DNA of 62,916 nt, the filler included, from Candidatus Woesearchaeota archaeon (GTDB lineage Archaea; Nanobdellota; Nanobdellia; Woesearchaeales; GCA-2685855): NCBI GenBank assembly GCA_002685855.1. It is 6 parts of 6 records of this genome, joined end to end, with 100 filler letters (N's around TTAATTAATTAA, not from the genome) between each part and the next. Parts side by side here need not be neighbours in the genome. Positions count along the whole stretch, not along the records: positions 10,175 to 18,702 come from NYYS01000046.1; positions 18,803 to 25,664 come from NYYS01000047.1; 4 more parts are not named here. One strand, written 5' to 3'. This document shows positions 10,176 to 20,550 of the stretch, piece after piece (within the stretch, counting starts at the first letter, position 1; each line of letters opens with the position of its first letter). The position numbers and the translations under genes are program-made. The notes below the pieces were generated by a model. It did no database searches, was not told where the DNA came from, and saw only the letters and a list, made by a program, of their open reading frames with translations.

Positions 10176-11129
10176 ATCACATTCTGGTTATTCAACACAG
10201 TCGTCAAATCCGTCATCCACAACAACACCATTCCCTGGAACGACGTCATGATCAACGGCTTCGTCCTCGACCCAAAAGGAAAGAAGATGAGCAAGTCCAA
10301 AGGCAACACCATCGACCCCAAAGACATCTTAAGCAAATACGGAGCAGACTCATTACGATTCTGGGCAGCTGCAACAAAACTCGGAGACGACATCCCCTTC
10401 AAAGAAAAAGAAGTGTTATCCGGAAAAAAAACAGTTATCAAACTCTGGAACGCCTCAAAATTCACAATCAACAACCTCAAAGACTGGAACGGAGAAGAAG
10501 GACAGCAAGAAACTATTGACAAATGGATCCTCTCAAAACTCCACGACGTCATCAAAACATCAACAGAAAACTTCGAAAAATACGACTACTCAAAAACAAA
10601 AGCAGAAGTAGAAAAGTTCTTCTGGATCACCTTCTGCGACAACTATCTAGAATTAGTAAAAGAAAGAATCTACAACCCCGAAACCAGGGGAGAAAAATCA
10701 AAACAAGCAGCACAACACACCCTCTTCGCCTGTCTCCTCAACATCCTCAAACTCGCAGCACCCATAATGCCCCACATCACCGACGAAGTATACCAAAACT
10801 ATTTCAGAGAAAAAGGAGAAGAAGACAGCATCCACCTAACAGCCTGGCCAACAGCAGTACCACATTGGAAAGATGAACAAGCAGAACAAGCAGGCAACAC
10901 AGCAATAAAAATTCTTTCAGGAGTACGAAAAATAAAATCAGAAAAACAAGTCTCACTAAAAAAAGAAATCACTAAACTCACAATCGAATGCGATCAAAAA
11001 ACAAAAAAACTTATCCAACTCGTAGAACAGGATATCAAAGGAACCGTCCTCGCCCAAACCATAACCTACGGATCCGCATCCATAGAAATTGATGATAATC
11101 TAAAAATTGATGTAGAGCTTGCAGAGTAA
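10176..11129 (+). CDS. valS: Valyl-tRNA synthetase, C-terminal part
   Basis: ITFWLF, KMSKSKGN, YGADSLRFWAA, KLWNASKF and FCDNYLELVKER; archaeal-type ValRS. Confidence 0.92.
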   Translation: MTFWLFNTVVKSVIHNNTIPWNDVMINGFVLDPKGKKMSKSKGNTIDPKDILSKYGADSLRFWAAATKLGDDIPFKEKEVLSGKKTVIKLWNASKFTINNLKDWNGEEGQQETIDKWILSKLHDVIKTSTENFEKYDYSKTKAEVEKFFWITFCDNYLELVKERIYNPETRGEKSKQAAQHTLFACLLNILKLAAPIMPHITDEVYQNYFREKGEEDSIHLTAWPTAVPHWKDEQAEQAGNTAIKILSGVRKIKSEKQVSLKKEITKLTIECDQKTKKLIQLVEQDIKGTVLAQTITYGSASIEIDDNLKIDVELAE

Positions 11130-11206
11130 CATTCTTCCAAATAGAACCAACACCCCCTTAAAATCATTCCCTAACCTATTTAAAATACCTCTAATTATCC
11201 CCTACC

Positions 11207-11602
11207 ATGCTCAATACAAAATCAATTCTCGCACCAAAAAAAGAATCAGACGGCAGAAGAATATCTGTCATGTCCCGACATACCCTAAACGACGGAGTAA
11301 CTCCTCATCCCCAAATCACTAGAGAGAGCTATGACGAATGGAACAAACTCCTATCTCCACCCTCAAAACTCTTAGGAGACTACTATAAAAGAGGATTACC
11401 CTGGAAACAATTCGAACAAAGATACAGAGAACATCTAACACAGCCAAACTGTCAGGCCGAAATCCAGAACCTTGCACAAAGAAGTCTAGATTCAGTCATC
11501 ACACTCTTATGCATTGAATCCTCTCCTGAATACTGTCATAGAAGACTTCTAGCAGAAGAATGCAAAAAGTACCAGCCAACACTGATTTTAAATATTATGT
11601 AA
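11207..11602 (+). CDS. DUF488/YeaO family protein
   Basis: DGRRISVMSR, W.KLLSPP..LL, F..RY and TLLC.E.....CHRRLL motifs. Confidence 0.85.
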   Translation: MLNTKSILAPKKESDGRRISVMSRHTLNDGVTPHPQITRESYDEWNKLLSPPSKLLGDYYKRGLPWKQFEQRYREHLTQPNCQAEIQNLAQRSLDSVITLLCIESSPEYCHRRLLAEECKKYQPTLILNIM

Positions 11603-11636
11603 AGTGGAAATAATATCTCGTCTTAAGAACTATCCA

Positions 11637-13049
11637 TTACCCTCTCCGAACCTTAACCCCTTCCTTGGTATCAGACAAACTAAACCCCTTCTCCATGACC
11701 TCTAATCGCAACCGATCCGCCTCAACCCAGTCCTTATTCTTCCGTGCCTCTTCCCGCGCATCAATAAGCTTCCTCACATCCGAAGGAACCTCAACAACCT
11801 CCTCCTCAACATCCGCCAAGCCCAACCCTAAAACAGAATCAAAAAACCCTACAAGCGACAACCGTTCCCCCTCCTTCAACTCCTTATCCCGTAAAACATT
11901 CCACAACACAGCAAGACCCTGGGGTGTATTCAGATCATCACTCACAGCAGAAACAAACTCCTCCTCATACCCCACCGCCTTCTTCCCCCATTCTGCCTTC
12001 TCCACCACTGCATCTTCAACAACCGCCTTCAACTCCAGCACAATCTTCTTCAACCGTTCCAAAGACTGTTTAGCACCATCCATCGCCTCCCAGCTGAACT
12101 GCAGCGGCATCCGATACACTGCACTTAAACAAAAATACCTAAAATCCAACGCACTATACCCCTTATCAAACACCGTTTGCAACCGCAAAAACCCATCCGA
12201 AGACTTCGCCATCTTCTCCTCATTCATCACAAGAAACTCATTATGCAGCCAATATTTTACCCAAGGCTTCTTCCCTGTGGCGCCCTCTGCCTGAGCAATC
12301 TCGTTCGGATGATGCACAGGAATATGATCAATACCCCCACAATGAATATCAAACTGTTCTCCCAAATACTTCGTAGACATCGAACTGCATTCAATGTGCC
12401 AGCCCGGAAATCCCCTGCCAAAAGGAGAATCCCACTCCATCTGTCTCTTTACATCTGTTGGAGAAAACTTCCATAATGCAAAATCAGTCTTATTCTTCTT
12501 CTCACCCAGATCAACTCTCTTCCCACCTTCCAACTCATCAACTTTCAACCGTGCAAGCGCACCATATCCCTCAATCTTCGATGTATCAAAATACACTCCA
12601 TCCGATGTTGTATAAGTATATCCTTTGTCCACCAACGTCTGAACCTGTTCGATCTGCTCCTTAATATGCTCAGTAGCCTTGCACCACACATCTGGATGCA
12701 ATATATTCAACGCAGTAATATCGCTCTTGAATGCGTCTGTATAAAAAGTAGCAATATCCCAAACACTCTTCCCCTCCCGGGCCGCCCCCTTCTCCATCTT
12801 ATCCTCCCCCTCATCCGCATCACTCGTCAGATGCCCCACATCTGTAATATTCATAACATGCTTCACCTGAAGTCCATTCAATACTAAAACCCGTTTAAGT
12901 ACATCTACAAATACATAACACCGCAAATTACCTAGATGTGGATAATTATACACCGTCGGCCCACATGTATACAACCCTGCCTTTCCTGCTTCAAGAGGAA
13001 TAAACTCCTCCTTCTTCCTGCTCATCGTATTCGTAAACTTCAAAGCCAT
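11637..13049 (-). CDS. cysS: Cysteinyl-tRNA synthetase
   Basis: YTCGPTVY, HLGN, DFALWK, PGWHIECS, HHPNE and KMAKS; start MALKFTN after an AGGAGG SD. Confidence 0.97.
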   Translation of the reverse strand: MALKFTNTMSRKKEEFIPLEAGKAGLYTCGPTVYNYPHLGNLRCYVFVDVLKRVLVLNGLQVKHVMNITDVGHLTSDADEGEDKMEKGAAREGKSVWDIATFYTDAFKSDITALNILHPDVWCKATEHIKEQIEQVQTLVDKGYTYTTSDGVYFDTSKIEGYGALARLKVDELEGGKRVDLGEKKNKTDFALWKFSPTDVKRQMEWDSPFGRGFPGWHIECSSMSTKYLGEQFDIHCGGIDHIPVHHPNEIAQAEGATGKKPWVKYWLHNEFLVMNEEKMAKSSDGFLRLQTVFDKGYSALDFRYFCLSAVYRMPLQFSWEAMDGAKQSLERLKKIVLELKAVVEDAVVEKAEWGKKAVGYEEEFVSAVSDDLNTPQGLAVLWNVLRDKELKEGERLSLVGFFDSVLGLGLADVEEEVVEVPSDVRKLIDAREEARKNKDWVEADRLRLEVMEKGFSLSDTKEGVKVRRG

Positions 13050-13139
13050 ACCCCTCCTGAACAAGAGAAACCTATAAAAAACTATCTTTTTCCCCCCAAA
13101 CTTGAAAACATTTAAAAACAAAATCCCCCTCCCAAGCCA

Positions 13140-13769
13140 ATGACGCGGATAACCCCCCCAAATCAAACAGCGAGAGCCACCTTCTCCCCAGTACCCCTCA
13201 TCCAGGGCATGGCCCGAAAAGGCTGGAACCTCTACCCTTTTCCAGAAGACTGGACCTTTGAATCGGTCCTGGAACGCCTTCCCTTAACAGAAGAAGACAT
13301 CTGCCCCCCTCTCTTTAAATCAGTCCGCCACGGACCCGCACTCAAACTCGATGATGACCGCCTCTACGCAGTCCTTCCACGAGTATCACGAGCCAACTAC
13401 CCTGCAGTTGTCCTCGCAGCCAACGAATATCTTGTTCTCAGATCACAAAGTTGCAGACTTGAATACAAAAAAGATGAAGATACCCACTACTTTGTTGTGC
13501 GTGGCCTTTTCTTCTCACCTGATGATGGCTGTCTTTTCCTCAACAAACGAAAAATGATGTGGACACAACAACTCGATCCCGCCAGCGTCGTTGAAAACAT
13601 CTCGCTCCTTCCACCCTACATCGACACCCATCCCGACTTCCAGGACTTCTACAGACGAAAAAAAGTAGAACGTATCACCCCATTCACACTCCAACCTCAA
13701 ACAAGACCAACACTAACCAGACCATCAGGAAAAGTATACGACATAGAAACACGAAGACGCATAGACTGA
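13140..13769 (+). CDS. Hypothetical protein
   Basis: 209-aa ORF filling the intergenic gap downstream of a TATA-like sequence; no motif recognised. Confidence 0.6.
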   Translation: MTRITPPNQTARATFSPVPLIQGMARKGWNLYPFPEDWTFESVLERLPLTEEDICPPLFKSVRHGPALKLDDDRLYAVLPRVSRANYPAVVLAANEYLVLRSQSCRLEYKKDEDTHYFVVRGLFFSPDDGCLFLNKRKMMWTQQLDPASVVENISLLPPYIDTHPDFQDFYRRKKVERITPFTLQPQTRPTLTRPSGKVYDIETRRRID

Positions 13770-13773
13770 CTCC

Positions 13774-14370
13774 CTATTCTAAACCAAACTTCAACAGCAC
13801 CTTCTTCAACTCCTTAACATCCGTATACACAAAGGCATTCCACCCAACAGCCTTTGCACCATTCACTCCCTTCTCCTTATCATCAAAAAAAAGAAGCTCC
13901 TTTCCATCCAACCCCAGCTCAGCCATAATATGTTCATAGATCTCAGGATACGGCTTCGACACACCAATTTCAAACGACGTAAACTCCTGATGAAACAATC
14001 CATGAAGATCAAACTCCTTCCACAAATGCTGATAAAACTCCCGTGCAAGATTCGACAACGCAACCACATGCACCTTCTCCTTCAACTTACTAATCACCCC
14101 AACAAGCTCCTCATTAAGATGATCCTTCTTATAGATCATCTCCTTCAACTCGTGAACACTAAACTCCCCCTCAGTCAACTGCGAAAGCTGATAAAAATAC
14201 TCCCTCTCACTAATATGTCCTGTCTCCCACTCCCTCCAAGTAAGACGAATCGGCAACATAATATCCTCAACCCTGCACCTACACCGATCTGCAATCGTCT
14301 GATAAATCGGACGAAACGTCCCCGGCAAGAACACAACCCCTCCAACATCAAACACAACACACCGAATCAT
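13774..14370 (-). CDS. HAD-superfamily phosphatase
   Basis: Motifs FDVGGV, LSN, SKP.PEIY and FFDD. Confidence 0.92.
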   Translation of the reverse strand: MIRCVVFDVGGVVFLPGTFRPIYQTIADRCRCRVEDIMLPIRLTWREWETGHISEREYFYQLSQLTEGEFSVHELKEMIYKKDHLNEELVGVISKLKEKVHVVALSNLAREFYQHLWKEFDLHGLFHQEFTSFEIGVSKPYPEIYEHIMAELGLDGKELLFFDDKEKGVNGAKAVGWNAFVYTDVKELKKVLLKFGLE

Positions 14371-14400
14371 ACTCCTACTACACACTTCACATATAAATAG

Positions 14401-15033
14401 TTACTCATCTTTGCATTCAACAACAGAAATCTTCTTCAAACAATCTGCTACAAGCCCATCCACATCAATCTTCTGCTCCTCGACCCCAACCTGCTCCTCA
14501 CGCGATCGCGTCAACGGATGCTTCGGCCCCAGCAACGAACACAACTCAGGCCCCGTACTCAACGCAAACAAACCAAGACGCATCGACTCCTGAACCGTAT
14601 CCACCTTCTCATTACACAACAACGGACGCAGCACAGGAATACTAACACTTCTATCGATCGTATCCATATTCCACGTCGTCTGACTCCCTACCTGCCCCAA
14701 ATTCTCCCCTGTAACAAGAACATCAGCCCCCTCATCTCCTGCAATCTTCTCCGCAACACGATACATCAACCGCCTGCTCAACACATAGTACAAACGATGA
14801 TTACACTCTTTTGTCAACACCGCAAGCTCCTCCCCGCACCGAACAACCAACAACCTCGACAACTTCAGATGCCTACAAATCTTCCGAACCTTCTCCTCCT
14901 CCTGTTCATCAGTAAATGGAACACTGCTAAAATGCAAAGGAACAAGCTCAATCCCCCTCTTCATCATCTTCTGCGCAGCAACAGGACTATCAAAACCCCC
15001 GCTCAACAACAAAACCCCTTTCCTCACCCGCAT
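14401..15033 (-). CDS. thiI: ThiI-like tRNA sulfurtransferase, PP-loop domain only
   Basis: LLSGGFDSPVA, TGENLGQVGSQT and RPLL; no N-terminal THUMP domain. Confidence 0.85.
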   Translation of the reverse strand: MRVRKGVLLLSGGFDSPVAAQKMMKRGIELVPLHFSSVPFTDEQEEEKVRKICRHLKLSRLLVVRCGEELAVLTKECNHRLYYVLSRRLMYRVAEKIAGDEGADVLVTGENLGQVGSQTTWNMDTIDRSVSIPVLRPLLCNEKVDTVQESMRLGLFALSTGPELCSLLGPKHPLTRSREEQVGVEEQKIDVDGLVADCLKKISVVECKDE

Positions 15034-15272
15034 CCATACACCTCATCAGCAATCTTCCCACACTCCTCCTTACTCCGCTCACTCTTAAACCGAATCTCCC
15101 CCGTCTTCTTCACAATGAACTCCCCCCTCTCATCACGAACAACAACTGCAATCCCTCCATCAACAACAACCTCAAACCGTTTCCCCACCTTTCCAAGATC
15201 CAACCGCACAATACCATCTGCAACAATCTTCCACCTTCCTCCAACCTTGCAAGGTATAACCTTAAAGTTCAC
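15024..15272 (-). CDS. Small hypothetical protein coupled between ThiF-like and ThiI-like genes
   Basis: 82-aa ORF overlapping both neighbours by a few nucleotides. Confidence 0.7.
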   Translation of the reverse strand: MNFKVIPCKVGGRWKIVADGIVRLDLGKVGKRFEVVVDGGIAVVVRDERGEFIVKKTGEIRFKSERSKEECGKIADEVYGCG

Positions 15273-16201
15273 AACCCCACCTCCTTACAAAAAATCTTCT
15301 TCGCCTCTGCAACATTCTTCGCACGAATAAGCGCATGCGTAGCAAACAGATAAAAATCCTTGCTCCGCAAACACCCACCAAGATTCTCACATTTAATTTC
15401 ATTCTTCAATCGAGCCAGATCAAGATCCAATCCACTCATAAAAAACAGATCCTTCCCACAAGCCTTAACAACATTCTTCTCCTTCCCCTCAAGAAACCCA
15501 TACCGTCCATTGCAACAATCACACTCTTCTTTCTCTTGAACATCCAGACACTCCACATCTAAAGAAGACAACCCAACACGAACCATCCTCTTTTCTACCT
15601 TCCTTCCCGAAAGATGACAAAGCGCAAGATGCGCCTGCAATCCCCCCACAACCGTAGTTAAACTATTAAGCACACCAACACGATCACACGTCTCCAACCC
15701 CTCCACACGATCAAACACACAAGAAAAACACCCCCTACTTCCATCAATAAACCAGACACTTCCTTCATCCCGAATCCCGCCCGCATAGATCCACGCCACA
15801 CTATTCTTCCTGCAATAATCATTCAACAAAAAACGCGTCTCCATACTATCTGTACAATCAACAACCAAATCAAACCCCTCCAACAAATCAACATTCACAG
15901 AAGAAAGATCAACACACCTCCCCTCAACTTCAACATCAGAATTCATTCCCCTCAACACCCGCTCAGCAACACCTGCTTTAGGTAATCCTACATTCTCCTC
16001 CGAATATAATACCTGCCGCTGAAGATTATCCAACTCCACAACATCCCTATCCACAACCACAACACTTCCAACACCCGCTCTCACAAGCAATTGAGCACTA
16101 ACACAGCCCAATGCCCCCACCCCAACAACAATTACTCTGCTCTTCTTTAAACTATCCTGCCCCCTCCTTCCAATAACCCTTTCCTGACGAGAATATCTCA
16201 T
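15269..16201 (-). CDS. ThiF/MoeB family E1-like adenylyltransferase
   Basis: RYSRQ, GVGALG, DRDVVELDNLQRQ, DCTD, CFSC and catalytic TC motifs, plus an extra C-terminal domain. Confidence 0.93.
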   Translation of the reverse strand: MRYSRQERVIGRRGQDSLKKSRVIVVGVGALGCVSAQLLVRAGVGSVVVVDRDVVELDNLQRQVLYSEENVGLPKAGVAERVLRGMNSDVEVEGRCVDLSSVNVDLLEGFDLVVDCTDSMETRFLLNDYCRKNSVAWIYAGGIRDEGSVWFIDGSRGCFSCVFDRVEGLETCDRVGVLNSLTTVVGGLQAHLALCHLSGRKVEKRMVRVGLSSLDVECLDVQEKEECDCCNGRYGFLEGKEKNVVKACGKDLFFMSGLDLDLARLKNEIKCENLGGCLRSKDFYLFATHALIRAKNVAEAKKIFCKEVGL

Positions 16202-16276
16202 ACTCTACAGAATAAAGATCCTATTTAAATGAATAGTGATACAACTCTGACTATTTAATTATTAGCAATATAGAAA

Positions 16277-17428
16277 TTAAGTCCGGACAACAATCAACGG
16301 AACAAACATCTCTTCCTTACTCAACCCGCCATGATTCCCCACATGAACCTTAGGAGGTTCAGTCATCAACCGATCCTTCAAAATATAGTTCTCCTTCATA
16401 ATAAGCACATAATCCCCAACACGATCAAACAACTTCTTGTTCGGCTTCCCTAACCCATAATACCCCTTCTTAATCAACTCCTCTCCCTTATGCAGCCAAC
16501 ACACCTTCTTCAACCGCTGACGAACATAACGAACAAACTCTTTCTCCTTTGAAGGCCGAACATAACAGTTCTGTGTACGCATATCTCCGGCAAGAGGAAG
16601 CACAAGACACTCCTGCAGCCTCGGATGCTCCTCCAGCCAAACAACCTTCTTCTCTTCTGTATCAATCAACCCATGATCCGCAGTAACAACAACAAGAGTA
16701 TTAGTCCCCTTTATAGACTTCAAAAAAGACTGAAACGCCAATCCAATCTCATGAAAATGAGAAAACGCCTGAAGACTCTTTGTGCCAAACTCATGACACA
16801 AACTATCCACGCCCGGCCAATACGCATAAATATACTTCTTCCTTCCCCTTGCCTGAATCCCCTTCCGAATCCCACGAAACAAACCCTTCAAACTATCTCC
16901 ATTCAAAAACACCGCATCCTTTGTGAAAAAATGACTAAACTCACTCGATTGAATCTTTTTCGCAGCAACACTAAAACACTTCGCCTTCACCTGAGAAAAA
17001 AAAGAAGGCTGATCCATCAACCAATCCACAGGCAACAACAAACTCTCCCCACCATACCTATTCACATACAAAAGAATGGTACTCACCACACCCAACTCCT
17101 TCAAATAGACATGCCATCCGGTCAACGCATGCTGCTGCGGAGGAACTCCTGTCAAAAACAGAGGAATACACGCTGCAGTCGTCGAAGGAAAACAAGAAGT
17201 CATCTTCCCTTGTAAACCCTCACTAAAAACATGCTCTTTCCCATATTGCCTAAAAAACTCATACCCCATCCCATCCACAACAAGCAACACAACGTTCTTC
17301 GCCTTCGCAACCTCAGAAGCAGGAAGCAAACGCGACTCCCTATACCGAGATGTTCCACCAAGACCTTTAGCAAGAGAACTCATAAGATTAACAATACTCC
17401 CTCCCTTATAATCAGGCAACACTCTCAT
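16277..17428 (-). CDS. Alkaline phosphatase superfamily / nucleotide pyrophosphatase
   Basis: VDGMG, FPSTT, D..CH..G, TADHG and GNHGG motifs. Confidence 0.9.
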   Translation of the reverse strand: MRVLPDYKGGSIVNLMSSLAKGLGGTSRYRESRLLPASEVAKAKNVVLLVVDGMGYEFFRQYGKEHVFSEGLQGKMTSCFPSTTAACIPLFLTGVPPQQHALTGWHVYLKELGVVSTILLYVNRYGGESLLLPVDWLMDQPSFFSQVKAKCFSVAAKKIQSSEFSHFFTKDAVFLNGDSLKGLFRGIRKGIQARGRKKYIYAYWPGVDSLCHEFGTKSLQAFSHFHEIGLAFQSFLKSIKGTNTLVVVTADHGLIDTEEKKVVWLEEHPRLQECLVLPLAGDMRTQNCYVRPSKEKEFVRYVRQRLKKVCWLHKGEELIKKGYYGLGKPNKKLFDRVGDYVLIMKENYILKDRLMTEPPKVHVGNHGGLSKEEMFVPLIVVRT

Positions 17429-18087
17429 CTTTTCTTACACACAAACAAACAATGATCCTTCTCAAACGGTCCTAATTCACGATAATCAGCAACAATCATC
17501 TCCTTCTCCAACAACGCCCGAACCTCCTTAAACACCTCCTGCGGACGCTTCGAAACATCAACACTCCGTGCCTTCACAGAAAGAATACCAAACCCTCCAT
17601 GCTTCAAATACCTTGCACAATTCTTCAAAAAAATCTCGCCCTGATCCCGCTGTGCAATATCCTGCACAACAACATCAACAACAGGAACAAACAACCCATA
17701 CGAATCAGGAAGATAGGCATCCCCCAAAATAGGAATCATATTCGAACGCTTCTCACACACAAAAACAAGATCACGAACAACACGCGGCGCATGATCCAAA
17801 CAAAATACCGCTCCCTCCTTTCCAATCATATCAGAAACAAACGAAGCAGTATACCCATGACTCGCACCAAGATACAACACAACACCCCCCTCCTTTATCC
17901 CGAGCTGAGTAATGCCCTTTGCCATGGCCGCAGCGATCTTCGAACGCTGCGGAGACCACTCCCGAACCTCCCTTCCCTCAACAACCTTTACAATCTCTTC
18001 AAAATGCCGCGTGCCAGGATAAGAACTAAACGTACCAATAAACATCTTCTTCCTATTCTTTGCAATCACAACATTTGGAAAACTCAT
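17425..18087 (-). CDS. flpA: Fibrillarin-like rRNA/tRNA 2'-O-methyltransferase
   Basis: REWSPQRSKIAAA, VLYLGASHGYT, DIAQ and KARSVDV; adjacent to Nop5. Confidence 0.95.
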   Translation of the reverse strand: MSFPNVVIAKNRKKMFIGTFSSYPGTRHFEEIVKVVEGREVREWSPQRSKIAAAMAKGITQLGIKEGGVVLYLGASHGYTASFVSDMIGKEGAVFCLDHAPRVVRDLVFVCEKRSNMIPILGDAYLPDSYGLFVPVVDVVVQDIAQRDQGEIFLKNCARYLKHGGFGILSVKARSVDVSKRPQEVFKEVRALLEKEMIVADYRELGPFEKDHCLFVCKKR

Positions 18088-18701
18088 CCTAACTTCTCCT
18101 CCAACTCCTTCAACAACACATCCCCCTGAAATTCACCTTTAAAATAATCCAGACGCGCAGCTTTCATCATAACATTCGCTAACATCCGCGCAGTCTTTCC
18201 CTTCTTACTCCTCTCTGCCTTTGCAACAAGAGGATGATTAATAATATGACCATACTTCGGACACCTTGCCCCAGTTTTCAAATGACGAAACAACGCCTGT
18301 TCCGCACCCAACAACTGAATCGTACTGCTCGACATCATCGCCAACCGCTTCAAAGAGCCCGCCTCCTCCAACACCTTCCCCCCGATCCCTGCCCCTGCAA
18401 CAGCCAACATATTCGGACACTCCTTCTCCATCATCCTCTCCAGATACACCATCAACTCCTCCCGCATCCCATACAACCCATGAATCCTATTAGCCAAACT
18501 CAACATCGGAGCAAGATCCTCCTCACGAAAACTTCCACCAAGACTCTCTTTCAAATTATACTCCTTCATCAACACATCCCGCGGCTTCTCCAAAACAATG
18601 CGAACAAACGCCTCATTATCCGCCACATCCCTTCCCAACTCAGGAAAATAAAACCCATACCACTCCCGAAGCCGACGACATAACACATTGCACACCCGAA
18701 C
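18084..18701 (-). CDS. nop5: Nop5 (Nop56/58) C/D sRNP protein, partial
   Basis: LREWYGFYFPEL, STIQLLGAEQALFRHL and PKYG; 5' end cut by the spacer. Confidence 0.95.
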   Translation of the reverse strand, partial: VRVCNVLCRRLREWYGFYFPELGRDVADNEAFVRIVLEKPRDVLMKEYNLKESLGGSFREEDLAPMLSLANRIHGLYGMREELMVYLERMMEKECPNMLAVAGAGIGGKVLEEAGSLKRLAMMSSSTIQLLGAEQALFRHLKTGARCPKYGHIINHPLVAKAERSKKGKTARMLANVMMKAARLDYFKGEFQGDVLLKELEEKLG

Positions 18702-18702
18702 A

Positions 18703-18802
18703 NNNNNNNNNNNNNNNNNNNNNNNNNNNNNNNNNNNNNNNNNNNNTTAATTAATTAANNNNNNNNNNNNNNNNNNNNNNNNNNNNNNNNNNNNNNNNNN
18801 NN
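18703..18802. other. Artificial contig spacer
   Basis: N-run with TTAATTAATTAA. Confidence 0.99.
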
Positions 18803-18804
18803 GA

Positions 18805-19278
18805 AAACAGATCGGCCTTCAATACCTCAGCTGGGAACCCATGAGCGTCAAACGCGAATACGGAGAAACCATCGCCGAAACAGAACGCATACAAAAACTC
18901 CTCCAGGGAAGCGCAATCCCCATCCTCATCTGCCTCGACGTCAGCCACGGAGACCTTTCCTCTCAAAACCCTGACGACCACGACTATGCAAAATGGGTAG
19001 AAAAGTTCGCAGCAATCTCCCCACTTATCCACCTCAAACAGGTCATGGCAGGAACATCCGCCCATCTTCCCTTCACAACAGAGAACAACATGAAAGGAAA
19101 GATCAGACCCGAAACACTCCTACCTATGCTCGAAAAATACGGAGCCAAAAACGCACTCCTCCTTCTTGAACTCGCATTCAGAGAACGAGAACCAACAGAA
19201 AGCCTTATCCTACAACAACTCCAGGAATCCGCAGACTACTGGAAAAGAGGAATGAACAACCATGGAATCAACCTATGA
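18805..19278 (+). CDS. Xylose-isomerase-like TIM-barrel protein, C-terminal part
   Basis: WEPM, CLDVSHG, IHLKQ and LLEL metal-ligand pattern; frame open from the contig start. Confidence 0.7.
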   Translation, partial: KQIGLQYLSWEPMSVKREYGETIAETERIQKLLQGSAIPILICLDVSHGDLSSQNPDDHDYAKWVEKFAAISPLIHLKQVMAGTSAHLPFTTENNMKGKIRPETLLPMLEKYGAKNALLLLELAFREREPTESLILQQLQESADYWKRGMNNHGINL

Positions 19279-19981
19279 ACTCTCAATAGTCGTACCGGCA
19301 TACAACGAAGCAAAAAGCCTGCCTTCACTTATCGAACGATACAGCAAAGCAAAAGCAAACATCCCGTTCCAACTCGTCATCGTAGACAACGGATCACGCG
19401 ACGAAACAGCAGACTATCTCAAAAAAGAAACAAAAAAGAAACAGAACGGCTTCATAAAAATAGTAACTGTAAAAAAAAACATCGGCTACGGCTACGGCAT
19501 CCACCAGGGACTCAAAGCATGCGACGGAAGACTCATCGGATGGAGTCACGCAGACCTCCAATGCAGCCCCGAAGACGTCTTCAAAGGATACAACCTCTTC
19601 AGAAAGATTAACAAACGAAAAACACTCATAAAAGGAAACAGAAAAGGAAGAGACTGGAAACCACTCGTCCTCACCTACGGGCTTTCAACCTACGCCTCCC
19701 TAATCCTCCTCCATATTTTCGACGACATCAACGGACAACCCAAGATATTCCCAAGAGAACTCCTCCAAACAATGAAACGACCCCCCCTCGGATTCAGCTA
19801 CGATCTCTACATCCAATACAAAGCACTCCAAAAAGGATACAAAGTGAGAAGCTTCACCGTCGTCTTTGAACAACGCATGCACGGCATCTCAAAATGGGCA
19901 CATTCGATCTACTCAAAACTCTCAACCATACGAAGCTTCTTTGCAGACGTACTAAGAATGCGCATAGGAAAAATACGATGA
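19262..19981 (+). CDS. Glycosyltransferase family 2 (Dol-P-glycosyltransferase-like)
   Basis: SIVVPAYNE, VDNGSRD, N.GYG, ADLQ and R.HG.SKW motifs. Confidence 0.92.
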   Translation: MESTYELSIVVPAYNEAKSLPSLIERYSKAKANIPFQLVIVDNGSRDETADYLKKETKKKQNGFIKIVTVKKNIGYGYGIHQGLKACDGRLIGWSHADLQCSPEDVFKGYNLFRKINKRKTLIKGNRKGRDWKPLVLTYGLSTYASLILLHIFDDINGQPKIFPRELLQTMKRPPLGFSYDLYIQYKALQKGYKVRSFTVVFEQRMHGISKWAHSIYSKLSTIRSFFADVLRMRIGKIR

Positions 19982-20550
19982 TCATCATAAACCACAGAGT
20001 AAACACTATAGAAAAACTCAACGCCACACCAAAAGAGTGCGGAGTAGAGATAGACATCCGCCCCTACGGAAACAGATTGATCCTCCACCACGACCCCTTT
20101 CAGGACGGCGTAGACTTCGAAGAATGGCTCAAACACTACAACCATTCATTACTCGTCGCAGAAACAAAATCAGAAGGCATCGAAGAAAAAATCCTCGAAC
20201 TCATCCAAAAACACAACATCCAAAACTTCTTCCTCCTCAGCGTCACACCACCCTTCATGGTAAAATATATGAACAAAGGCCTCACAAAGATGGCCGGCCG
20301 CTTCTCAGAATGGGAAGACATCCAAACCTGTCTCAACCTCAAAGGAAAAGCAGACTGGATCTTCATCGACAACTTCACAAAACTCCCAACAGACAACAAC
20401 GCATTCCAAAAACTCAGAGAACACTTCAAGATCTGCATCGTATCACCCGAACTCCTAAAACGAGACGAAGTAGAACACACAAAACAACTCCTACAAGAAC
20501 ATCCAGTAGATGCAGTTCTCACAGACCATATAGAGAGGTGGCTACCATGA
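19978..20550 (+). CDS. Glycerophosphodiester phosphodiesterase-like protein
   Basis: IINHRVN, GVEIDIR, LHHDP, VSPEL and AVLTD; ATGA overlap with the upstream gene. Confidence 0.75.
   Translation: MIIINHRVNTIEKLNATPKECGVEIDIRPYGNRLILHHDPFQDGVDFEEWLKHYNHSLLVAETKSEGIEEKILELIQKHNIQNFFLLSVTPPFMVKYMNKGLTKMAGRFSEWEDIQTCLNLKGKADWIFIDNFTKLPTDNNAFQKLREHFKICIVSPELLKRDEVEHTKQLLQEHPVDAVLTDHIERWLP

Noticed and set aside
20037..20546. N-terminal 170 aa of the 692-aa ORF
   Set aside because: It overlaps the GDPD-like gene in another frame and is Arg/Pro-rich nonsense. The real start is 20547.
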